This document shows positions 49,280 to 57,793 of a stretch of DNA of 64,000 nt, one piece after another. The translations under genes and the position numbers were made by a program. The first letter of the stretch is position 1; each line of letters begins with the position of its first letter. The notes under the pieces were generated by a model, which was given only the letters and a program-made list of their open reading frames with translations, ran no database searches and was not told the DNA's origin. This stretch comes from an uncultured delta proteobacterium (GTDB lineage Bacteria > Desulfobacterota > Desulfobacteria > Desulfobacterales > UBA11574): contig CAVPLW010000006.1 in the NCBI GenBank assembly GCA_963706295.1, positions 337,277-401,276 on the forward strand, in the 5' to 3' direction.

Positions 49280-52279
49280 TCAGCCCGCTACATCTAACGC
49301 CTCCACCCGATTTACGGTCATGGTGATGGCGCCGAAGTCTTCTTCCACCTTCCCGTGGAGGATAAAGGGACGGCTTCGATCCAGGATGGCACAGAAGCGG
49401 CGGTAGGCTTTGGGGAAAAAGATCGTTTCAATCAGCCCGGTGTCGTCTTCAAAAGTCAGAAATTCCATGGCATCGCCATGCTTGGTATGCACAACCTTTC
49501 CGGTAATCAACAGACCGGCAATGCGAACATGACGGCCGATGAAGCGATGCAAGTCCATGGCTTTGACAGTCTTTAGTTTCCTTAACGTTTCGGCGTATAA
49601 CATCATGGGATGCCGATCGCACAAAAAACCCAGGGCTGCATATTCTTGCCGCAAACGCTCTCTTTTCTTCTCCGGCGGGAACGCCGGTTTTGGCACTGCC
49701 ATCCTCTCATTAAACAAATCCCCTGCCCCGTATCGGTTTGATCTGGATTTTTGCCAGCAGGCCAGCTCCCACAACAGGGCAGCGCGATTCTCTTTTGGAT
49801 GAAGCAAATCAAAAGCACCAGCGTTAATCAGAGAGCGGGCTTCAGGGCTGGCCGGCCGAATTCGATCAAGGAAATCAACGATGTCGTTGTAAGGTTTTTC
49901 TTTGCGCCCTGAAACAATACGTTTGCATGTTTCTGAACTTACATTCTTTGCGGACGACAATCCCACCCGAATGATTCCAGCGCTGCCTTTCCAAAGGATA
50001 TCGCTGTTGTTTACGTCAGGGGGCAGAATTTCCACACCCGTGCGGCGTGCTTCCGACACGTAAGCAAAGGTGCTGTAAAAACCGCCCTGATTGCTGATGA
50101 CCGCGGCCATGAACTCTGCAGGATAATGGGTCTTCAGATAGGCTGCCTGGAAAGAGACCCGGGCATAGCTTGCACTATGAGGCTTGCAAAATGAATAACC
50201 GCTGAAACTCATCATCATGCTCCAGATGGCCGAAATCTGATCGTTACGAACCCCCCTTGCTTGTGCACCTGAAGTGAAACGCGCTTGATAATCATCCAAT
50301 TTTCGGTTCTTATCTTTCTTGGACATAATCTTGCGAAGGCCATCAGCGTCAGCATGTGAAAATCCGGCCAGCGCCACAGCGGTTTTGGAAACATCCTCTT
50401 GATAGACCATGATTCCATGGGTTTCCTCAAGCACATCCGAAAGTAAGGGATGAATCGGCTCCCATCTGCCGCCATGCAGGCGACGGACGTATTCACGGAT
50501 AAACTCATTGGCCGCCGGCCGTATGATACTGCTGTTGATTACCAGATGTTCAAAATCGCCGACCTTTGTCTTTTTCTGCAACATGCGCATGGCGGGGCTT
50601 TCGATGTAAAAGCAGCCCATGGTATTCCCTTTTGCCACATTCGCCTGTGTCGCGCCATCATCTTCCGGCTCCCAGAGCTGCTCGTCAAATACCGTACGGT
50701 TATTCCTAAGATTTGCAATGGCATCTCGGATAACACCCAGGCTGCGATTACCGAGAAGATCGATTTTAACCAGACCGCTCTCTTCTGCAGCATCTTTTTC
50801 CCACTGAATAATCGGAACACCTTTGGGGGCAAGTTCAACAGGAACATAATTGTCTATGGGCTCAGGGGTAACCACCACACCACCCGGATGAACAGAAATG
50901 TAGCGTGGAATACCAATGATGTACCGGGCTGTACGAATAATTTTTGGCCAGGGCCTTGGAAAATCAAATTCGGAAAGCTCGGGCAATTGTTTAAGCTTTT
51001 GAAGAAAATCTTCTTTAGTGTGATCCGCTCGCCAGAACCATGGAAGACGTTTGGTGACACGGCCGATCTCTTGATCGGTAAGCCCGAAGACCTTGGCCAC
51101 CTCCCGTATCGCCATGCGCGGCCGAAAAGTGACGTGATTACAGATCAGCGCAGCGTGGCCTTTATATTGGTCCAATACGGACTGCAAAACCTTGTCCCGT
51201 TCATCCCAGGCAAAATCGATATCGATATCCGGTGAATCTGAACGCCCGGGGTTCAGAAACCGCTCGAAATACAAGTTGTGCTTGATGGGACAGACATTGG
51301 TAATTCCCAGGCTGTAAGCTACCAGTGATGCCGCACCGCTTCCCCGGCCGCAAATACGCGGGCTGCGAGACACGATATCCTGAACCACAAGAAAATATGA
51401 TGAAAATCCCATCTCCTTAATGATACGAATTTCATGCTCCAGGCGATCCACAACGGTTTCAGACAGATCATCTCCGTACCGTTTTTTCGCCCCCTTATAA
51501 GCGACATCCCGCAGTGCTTGATCGGCACCATTTGATTGTATATCGGTCCATGGCGGCAGAACAAGCCCACGGCAAGGACCGGTGAATGTCAACTGTTCTG
51601 CAATGGCTTCAGTGGCTCGAAGTACATCCGGCCAGATGGCAAAACGTCTGGTATACTCGGATGCCGTTGCCAGCCATGCGTCGGGCGACGTTGTCTCTTC
51701 CGTCGTTAATCGGGAAAGAGAGGTGTTCAAATCAATGGCCCGCAGTATCCGGTGTGTTTTGAAATCATCCGGATCTGTAAAAAAACTTCCCGGCGTGAAC
51801 AGCATCGGAATGCCAAGATATCGGGACGTCTTCCGCAATCGAAGGGCAATGCCGTCCGGTTTGCCTGAAACCGCCGCTGCAACCGTTAATCCGGCTTCGT
51901 GCCACTGTGTCAAAAGCTCTGGATGTTGTGTGATGATCACCAATCCTCCGGCATGGGTGAGGATAACGGATTTTAGGTCAAACGCCGCATCAATATGACG
52001 ACGTGTAATGATACGGCAAAGATTACGGTAGCCCTGATCGCTTTTCACAAGACAAACAGCTCGGTATCCGGTTTCGGAATCCGTCAGTTCCGCACCGACA
52101 ATCGGAGTTATATTCTCGCGCTTACAACTCTTTAAAAAGGGCCACAGGCCGTATAAATTATTGGTATCCGTGATCGCAAGACGGCGATAACCCCGTTTTT
52201 TTGCAGCAGCACAGATCTTCTCCGGAGAGCATGTGCCCCACATCAATGAATAATACGAATGAACGGTCAAAGGAACCAT
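49280..52279 (-). CDS. dnaE2: Error-prone DNA polymerase III alpha-like subunit (DnaE2/ImuC)
   Basis: It has a PHP N-terminus (VHSYYSLMWGT...AITDTNNLYG) and a PolIIIA core (PDIDIDF, GIPRYISVHPGGVVV, SIIRPA). It is 999 aa and lies downstream of imuB and lexA. Confidence 0.9.
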   Translation of the reverse strand: MVPLTVHSYYSLMWGTCSPEKICAAAKKRGYRRLAITDTNNLYGLWPFLKSCKRENITPIVGAELTDSETGYRAVCLVKSDQGYRNLCRIITRRHIDAAFDLKSVILTHAGGLVIITQHPELLTQWHEAGLTVAAAVSGKPDGIALRLRKTSRYLGIPMLFTPGSFFTDPDDFKTHRILRAIDLNTSLSRLTTEETTSPDAWLATASEYTRRFAIWPDVLRATEAIAEQLTFTGPCRGLVLPPWTDIQSNGADQALRDVAYKGAKKRYGDDLSETVVDRLEHEIRIIKEMGFSSYFLVVQDIVSRSPRICGRGSGAASLVAYSLGITNVCPIKHNLYFERFLNPGRSDSPDIDIDFAWDERDKVLQSVLDQYKGHAALICNHVTFRPRMAIREVAKVFGLTDQEIGRVTKRLPWFWRADHTKEDFLQKLKQLPELSEFDFPRPWPKIIRTARYIIGIPRYISVHPGGVVVTPEPIDNYVPVELAPKGVPIIQWEKDAAEESGLVKIDLLGNRSLGVIRDAIANLRNNRTVFDEQLWEPEDDGATQANVAKGNTMGCFYIESPAMRMLQKKTKVGDFEHLVINSSIIRPAANEFIREYVRRLHGGRWEPIHPLLSDVLEETHGIMVYQEDVSKTAVALAGFSHADADGLRKIMSKKDKNRKLDDYQARFTSGAQARGVRNDQISAIWSMMMSFSGYSFCKPHSASYARVSFQAAYLKTHYPAEFMAAVISNQGGFYSTFAYVSEARRTGVEILPPDVNNSDILWKGSAGIIRVGLSSAKNVSSETCKRIVSGRKEKPYNDIVDFLDRIRPASPEARSLINAGAFDLLHPKENRAALLWELACWQKSRSNRYGAGDLFNERMAVPKPAFPPEKKRERLRQEYAALGFLCDRHPMMLYAETLRKLKTVKAMDLHRFIGRHVRIAGLLITGKVVHTKHGDAMEFLTFEDDTGLIETIFFPKAYRRFCAILDRSRPFILHGKVEEDFGAITMTVNRVEALDVAG

Positions 52280-52283
52280 GTTA

Positions 52284-52320
52284 GGATTGATGATTTATGA
52301 TTGACGATTTAAGATTGAAA
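52284..52320. repeat. Word element, family E half copy (GATTGATGA words)
   Basis: ggattgatgatttatgattgacgatttaagattgaaa matches 20 of its first 21 nt with the left arm at 54424. It lies in the imuB-dnaE2 spacer. Confidence 0.7.
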
Positions 52321-52361
52321 ATTTAAATAAGCCTTTGTCAATTCTTCCCCAAATAATCAAT

Positions 52362-53534
52362 CTAATTAAGGGTTCTTCCCACGCGAATGGCGTTGAATCC
52401 GTAGTGACGGCGGATGGAATCAAGGGCAAAAATCAGATTGTCGCTTTTCCTTTTTTCTTGTTCGTGTTCGCTAAAAAGCGCCATTTGTGCCGGGGGATAG
52501 GTCAGACGATGGCAAATCAAACGCAGATGACGGATACGCACACGACGTTTCCAGGCCCCTTCAAGAGCGGTCTTCGCCACAGCAAATAAACGAAAATCAT
52601 TGGCCGTCGCCGGATCGGCGGTGACCTGTCGGGTCATCCGCCTCCCGTCGGAATAGTCGATGACAATTCTGATCCGCCTTGCCGTCAGTCGTCGTTTGCG
52701 CAGGTCAATACCGGCCTTCTCGACAAGCCGATACAATGCACCTTCCACGGATGTCGCCGTGTTGGTATCGTTTCCAAACGTATAATCGACACTGACCGTG
52801 GGGTGTTCCTGTCCCACAGGTAAGACCGGCGACGGGTCAATGCCACGCACGGCATTGTACAGACTGTGACTGCGGTTGCCAAACATCACATACAATTGCC
52901 CCATGGACAGATTGGCCACATGGCCGGTGCGGGTCAGATTGAATTCCCGGAAACATTTCAGGTCTTCCCTTTCGATACCGGGAACAAGTTGAATCGGCAA
53001 GGGTTTCATAAAACACGCTTCCTCACCTGCCCCGACAATATATTCACCCACCGGTTTGACCATGCGTGTCGCCACTTTGGCCACCAGCTTGTTGGGGGCA
53101 ACCGACCAGATCGGATCTAAGCCCATATTGGCGCGCATCTCTTTCCGGATGCGCCATGCGATGTCAGGCGGCGGACCGAAAAGTCTCCCTGTTCCGGTGA
53201 CATCTACGAACAAATGTCCATCGTGGTCGCTTTTTTCGATCAACGGCGAATAGGGCAATGCACATTTTAAAAGCTGAACCATTGCACGTTCGTAACGGAA
53301 AGGGTGAAGCGGCAGCACAACGGCGTCCCGACAATAGCGAAGTGCCCGTCGCAGGGCCATTCCTTTACGAACGCCATTTTGATAAGCCTCTTCACTCATG
53401 TCATATACTGTTGCCCGTACTGCGGTATCATGGGCGATGATCACCGAACGTTCCTTCAGACGTCGATCCACAAGTCGCTCCACGGCCACGGCAAAATCAG
53501 CCACATTGATATGGATGATTGAGCGTTCGCGCAT
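52362..53534 (-). CDS. imuB: ImuB-like Y-family-polymerase homologue (predicted catalytically inactive)
   Basis: It has the Y-family fold. The N-terminus SIIHINVADFAVAVE replaces the DinB-type HIDMDAFYASVE acidic residues. It lies between DUF72 and dnaE2. Confidence 0.8.
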   Translation of the reverse strand: MRERSIIHINVADFAVAVERLVDRRLKERSVIIAHDTAVRATVYDMSEEAYQNGVRKGMALRRALRYCRDAVVLPLHPFRYERAMVQLLKCALPYSPLIEKSDHDGHLFVDVTGTGRLFGPPPDIAWRIRKEMRANMGLDPIWSVAPNKLVAKVATRMVKPVGEYIVGAGEEACFMKPLPIQLVPGIEREDLKCFREFNLTRTGHVANLSMGQLYVMFGNRSHSLYNAVRGIDPSPVLPVGQEHPTVSVDYTFGNDTNTATSVEGALYRLVEKAGIDLRKRRLTARRIRIVIDYSDGRRMTRQVTADPATANDFRLFAVAKTALEGAWKRRVRIRHLRLICHRLTYPPAQMALFSEHEQEKRKSDNLIFALDSIRRHYGFNAIRVGRTLN

Positions 53535-53535
53535 A

Positions 53536-54380
53536 TCAGACCACCATCAAGCCCCGCTCCTTTAACAACGCTGCCATTCTTTGGGCATTCTCCGGCGCCT
53601 GAGCCCGAACATGATTGTTAAAAAAAATGACGCCTTTACGCGCCCGACTGATCATGGGTTCAATTTTGTTTTCAATCCACGCATGAAGTTCATCGTCAGA
53701 ATAGCTGTAATCAAACTGAAGCTGCATATTCCCCGAACGCCAACCCTTGGCATTTCGGCCATGAAAACGCACATAAAACAGATCCGGGTTGGTGACCACG
53801 TCCAAAACCGGAAACAGGTTCGGCAAATCCGGTGCATCGACGCCCACCAGCGTCACCTGACGGCGTTCCAATTCAGAAAACACCCGATCGCTGGCCCAGG
53901 AACGATGTCGGAACTCAATGGCCAGAGGCAAACCATGAAGCTTGTCGAGCAAAGCTGCCAGGTATTTTCGGTTTGATGTTGTGCGGAGGAACGAGGGGGA
54001 AGCTGGATCAAAACAGCGACGAGCTGTCCGGTCTGAACGAGTGGAACGATACCCTCCCTATAGAGAACCGTCTGATCGCGCCATTGCTGCCGGTCGATTT
54101 CATGGGTCAGGGTGCGTGTTAACTTGGCAGCGAACAAAAACTCCTGAGGAACTTGTTGGCGCTGGCGTTCAATGGCTTCAGCTTTGGGCATCTGATACCA
54201 GGTATAATTAAGTTCGGTAATCAAAAAGCACCGAGCATATCGCTGTAACATCTTGCCCGATTTTGTGCCAGAGGGATAAAATCCGGCGTCGACCCATTCT
54301 GCATAGGAAAAGCCGCTTGTGCCTACATACAATTGGCAGGTTTTGGAATCTTTTTGTTCTTCAGTGGTTATTGCCGTCAT
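53536..54380 (-). pseudogene. DUF72 (YecE-like) family gene interrupted by a frameshift in a G5 run (ORFs 53853..54380 and 53536..53952)
   Basis: The N-terminal part has YVGTSGFSYAEWVDAGFYP. The C-terminal part has LAIEFRHRSW...FYVRFHGRN. Adding one G to the run at 53995-53999 gives a continuous LIQLPPSFLRTTSNRKYLAALLDKLHGLPLAIEFRH, which restores the family's LPPSF motif. Confidence 0.85.
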
Positions 54381-54423
54381 GTGTTGCTCTGAACCTAAAC
54401 GATTTCGGAAGAATTCCCTTTTT

Positions 54424-54611
54424 GGATTGATGATTTATGATTGTTGATTGACGATTGAAGGCTTCGCTCCGGTAATTTAAGTTTTCACTTTTCAACCATC
54501 AATTTTCAATTGATCTGCCGCCGACTCCTATTTCCTTTTTTCTCTTTCCTATTTCAACCTCTGCCGGTTCAATCAACAATCGACAATCATCAATCATCAG
54601 TCGACAATCCC
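54424..54611. repeat. Word-hairpin element, family E full copy
   Basis: The left arm ggattgatgatttatgattgttgattgacgattgaag (54424-54460) is an imperfect reverse complement of the right arm caatcaacaatcgacaatcatcaatcatcagtcgacaatccc (54570-54611). The interior holds a pyrimidine word tract that is the reverse complement of the words at 7203-7240. Confidence 0.8.
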
Positions 54612-55231
54612 ATGGGTCCTCTCTGAACACCGATAACCTTACCCTGGATCAGGATCTCATTGAAATCATACCTGACCGCCTTGTAGGCAGGATTTTCAGG
54701 ACGCAGCTCAATATGTTTTTTTCTGCGAAAAAAACGCTTGACCGTCGCTTCTTCTTGATTGATCAGGGCCACAACGATTTCACCATCTTCGGCAAATTGA
54801 CGCGGCTCACAAATCACCAGGTCTCCATCCAAAATAGCGGCATCCCTCATCGAGTCGCCTTTTACCCTAAGCGCAAACAGGTTTGGACCACGGTACAAGG
54901 TTGAATCGATCACAACGCTCCCACCCCATTCCTGCTGGGCATACAACGGTAATCCAGCAGCGATGTCCCCCACGATAGGCACTTCCCGCCACCGCATGAT
55001 GCCTGCCGTTTTTCGGATGCGATTCAGCAGATGGATCGTGCGGCTGTAACGACCGTCACGTTTGAGAATTCCTTTTTTCTCAAGCGCTTTTATAAGCTGA
55101 GATATCGCCGCATGGCTCACCCCCATCTCAACTGCCGACTGCCGTAAGCTGGGCGCTTTCCCGGTTCTGATAATTTCATGCTCCAAATAGCTAAAAAATC
55201 GTTGCTGTTTTGGAGTGAGTTCTGGTTGCAT
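54590..55231 (-). CDS. lexA: LexA repressor
   Basis: It has a wHTH N-terminus, the Ala-Gly cleavage site (VGDIAAGLP), the Ser nucleophile (VKGDSM) and Lys (ATVKRF). Confidence 0.92.
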   Translation of the reverse strand: MQPELTPKQQRFFSYLEHEIIRTGKAPSLRQSAVEMGVSHAAISQLIKALEKKGILKRDGRYSRTIHLLNRIRKTAGIMRWREVPIVGDIAAGLPLYAQQEWGGSVVIDSTLYRGPNLFALRVKGDSMRDAAILDGDLVICEPRQFAEDGEIVVALINQEEATVKRFFRRKKHIELRPENPAYKAVRYDFNEILIQGKVIGVQRGPMGLSTDD

Positions 55232-55251
55232 GGAACAAATCTCCCTATCAC

Positions 55252-55379
55252 GGGTTCAAGGGTTATAATATATGAACAGAAGGTCGGCTTTTCTCAGACT
55301 TTCCAACCTTCTTCCGTTCTAACTTTCTTAACTTCTTAAAAAATAGGAATCTTCAACCTGGAACCGTGAACTCTGAACC
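55252..55379. repeat. Word-hairpin element, family B copy 2
   Basis: It is near-identical to 38209..38364 apart from the 24-nt insertion in copy 1 and a few substitutions. Confidence 0.85.
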
Positions 55380-55415
55380 TGTAAACGGTTACTATATTTC
55401 TGATTAACATAGCAT

Positions 55416-55451
55416 AATGTAAATGTCAATGTAAATATTATTGTAAAGCTA
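55416..55451. promoter_or_regulatory. Three phased 12-nt direct repeats (AATGTAAATGTC / AATGTAAATATT / ATTGTAAAGCTA)
   Basis: TGTAAA occurs at 55418, 55430 and 55442, an exact 12-nt period, and a fourth time at 55380. The repeats lie in the divergent lexA / metallophosphoesterase intergenic region. Confidence 0.35.
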
Positions 55452-55591
55452 AGCCTTTCTCCATGCCGTTTGACATATAATCTGATGTGTTGTTTATGCA
55501 ACGATAGGGTTGAATCAACGATGTAATGAAGCGGATACAGGACGAATATATCTTATTGATAGAATATCATAAAAATGATAGGTTTCATATT

Positions 55592-56317
55592 ATGAGAATG
55601 GCGGTGATATCTGATATTCATGCTAACCTGGAAGCGTTCAAACAGGTTCTTGTCGATATCGGGAAATCAAATATTGACAATACGATTTGTCTGGGCGACA
55701 ACATCGGTTACGGTCCTGAGCCTGAGCAGGTTGTCGCCATGATCAAAGATCATAATATCCCAACGGTTATGGGAAATCATGAACTGGCCGTGATTGATCA
55801 AAAATATCTATCTTTATTTAATCCCCTTGCCCGGAAATCCTTGCTAAAAACAATCGAATTGCTATCTGAAGAAACCATAAACTTCATTTCCGGATTAGAA
55901 CCATTCTTGATTCGTTATGAATGCCGTTTTGTTCACGGCTTCCCGCCTGATTCGGCGGCCATGTATCTTTTTCAAGTTCCAGAAGATGAACTGCTGCTAA
56001 CTTTCAAGCAAATGAAAGAAAGAATCTGTTTTTTAGGACATACTCACCGTCTTGAAATCATCGACTTTAACGGCCAAATTGTTACCCGCGAACCGCTAAC
56101 TCAGAGTACCACCAGCCTTGACAGGGATCGTCAGTATATCATCAATATCGGAAGTGTGGGACAGCCAAGAGACGGCAATAATTGTGCAAAATACGTTATC
56201 TGGGATACATTGAACGATAACATCGAGGTAAAATTCATACCTTATGATATTGTTTCGGTTATCGATAAAATTATAGCAGCCGGTCTTCCCACTGAACATG
56301 CACTTCGTCTTTTATAA
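55592..56317 (+). CDS. Calcineurin-like metallophosphoesterase, paralogue 2
   Basis: AVISDIHAN, LGDNIGYG, GNHE, GHTH and GSVGQPRDG are present. It is collinear with 18793..19539 to the C-terminus (AAGLPTEHALRL versus EANLPEFLAKRL). Confidence 0.8.
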   Translation: MRMAVISDIHANLEAFKQVLVDIGKSNIDNTICLGDNIGYGPEPEQVVAMIKDHNIPTVMGNHELAVIDQKYLSLFNPLARKSLLKTIELLSEETINFISGLEPFLIRYECRFVHGFPPDSAAMYLFQVPEDELLLTFKQMKERICFLGHTHRLEIIDFNGQIVTREPLTQSTTSLDRDRQYIINIGSVGQPRDGNNCAKYVIWDTLNDNIEVKFIPYDIVSVIDKIIAAGLPTEHALRLL

Positions 56318-56381
56318 CTTTTGGTGCGTAAAGACAGTAAAACCATAAGAGTTATCGCACACAAAGCGGAGGATAATATCA

Positions 56382-57719
56382 ATGACAGATATTCTTGCCT
56401 TAAAAACGAAAATAATCAATTTTATCAGAGTCGACATATGGAGGGTTCGCGCTAAGGATCTTTCCCGAACAAAATACTTTTTTATTAAACAACTCCGAAT
56501 TCTTCTTTTAGCGACTCGCGGATTTGACAAACACAACTGGCCTTTAAATGCATCCGCACTTACGTTTTATTCCATACTATCCATTGTTCCAGTGGTTGCC
56601 ATGGCCTTCGGGATCGCAAAAGGTTTTGGTTATCAGAAGTTTCTTGAAAAACAATTATTGGATAAATTCTCGGGGCAGGAAGAAGTCATGAATCGTGTCG
56701 TTGGATTTGCCTATTCACTGCTTGACAATACAAAAGGTGGTATGATCGCGGGCATCGGTATTGTTTTCCTTTTATGGACAGTCCTCAAATTATTTAGCAA
56801 TATCGAACGGTCGTTCAATGATATCTGGGAAGTCAAAAAGCCTCGCGCGTACGGGAGAAAATTCAGTGACTATCTCTCTATTATGATGATTTCTCCCATA
56901 CTCTTCACCCTGTCCAGCAGTGTTACAGTATTTATAACGACCCAAATTACGGTAATTACCCAAAAAGTAGCACTGTTAGGGATGTTCAGTCCTGTCATAT
57001 TTTTCATGCTGAAATTAACACCGTATTGTTTGATATGGGCACTTTTTATATTTATGTATATCTTAATGCCCAACACCCGGGTTAATTTCAGTTCGGGAAT
57101 GATTGCCGGGGTTATCGCCGGAACAATTTTCCAGATCGTCCAGTGGGCCTATGTCGACTTTCAGGTGGGGATGGCAAGGTATAATGCAATATACGGGAGT
57201 TTCGCTGCATTTCCGTTATTTTTAATATGGATTCAGATGAGTTGGTTGATTGTTCTTTTTGGTGCAGAAATTTCTTTTGCGCATCAATATGTGGATACCT
57301 ATGATTTTGAGCCGGATCGTCATTACATTAGCCCGGCGTTTAAAAAATTACTCTCCCTTCAGATTGCCCATCTCATCATATCTACTTTTTCAAAAGGCCA
57401 AAACCCGTTAACAGCTTTAAAAATATCGCAAATCCTTGAGATCCCGATCCGTCTGGTACAGCAGATACTTGACGAATTGGTTGAAGTTGGCGTTTTGTCC
57501 AATACCGAACTCAAAGAAAACGAAGAATTATCCTTTCAACCCGCCCGCGATATCAATTTTATTACCATAAAATCTATTATCCAAGCCTTTGAACAGAAAG
57601 GCTCGGATAACATCCCTGTTGCACAGACGGCTGAATTAAAGTCTTTATCGGAAGCGTTAAAAGCGCTAAATGATGAAATTGAAAAATCTCCTGCAAACCG
57701 TCTTTTAAAAGATATTTAA
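56382..57719 (+). CDS. YihY/BrkB-family inner-membrane protein with a C-terminal soluble extension
   Basis: NASALTFYSILSIVPVVAMAFGIA and six TM segments match the YihY family. An extra soluble region of about 130 aa forms the C-terminus. Confidence 0.75.
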   Translation: MTDILALKTKIINFIRVDIWRVRAKDLSRTKYFFIKQLRILLLATRGFDKHNWPLNASALTFYSILSIVPVVAMAFGIAKGFGYQKFLEKQLLDKFSGQEEVMNRVVGFAYSLLDNTKGGMIAGIGIVFLLWTVLKLFSNIERSFNDIWEVKKPRAYGRKFSDYLSIMMISPILFTLSSSVTVFITTQITVITQKVALLGMFSPVIFFMLKLTPYCLIWALFIFMYILMPNTRVNFSSGMIAGVIAGTIFQIVQWAYVDFQVGMARYNAIYGSFAAFPLFLIWIQMSWLIVLFGAEISFAHQYVDTYDFEPDRHYISPAFKKLLSLQIAHLIISTFSKGQNPLTALKISQILEIPIRLVQQILDELVEVGVLSNTELKENEELSFQPARDINFITIKSIIQAFEQKGSDNIPVAQTAELKSLSEALKALNDEIEKSPANRLLKDI

Positions 57720-57793
57720 GTTACCAAGGAGTACAAATCCTGCTCGACATTATTTACTGATATGGTGACTTCGATATCAAAACGGAAAAAGTT

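Noticed and set aside
50450-51235. A 261-aa plus-strand ORF, together with 51582..51998, 53581..53976, 53832..54122 and similar ORFs, lying antisense to dnaE2, imuB and DUF72
   Set aside because: These ORFs lie entirely inside strongly supported minus-strand genes in a G+C-rich block, where stop codons are rare in all frames. Their translations are low-complexity (Arg/Pro/Gly-rich) and show no recognisable motifs.
55232-55525. Search for a known LexA operator upstream of lexA, and also at 54381..54423 upstream of DUF72
   Set aside because: I found no CTGT-N8-ACAG, GAAC-N4-GTTC or GGTT-N2-C-N4-G-N3-ACC site. The nearest look-alikes are ctgtaaacggttac at 55378 and gtttaggttcagagc on the minus strand near 54390, and both miss key positions. 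The GAAC/GTTC words inside repeat B have the wrong spacing.
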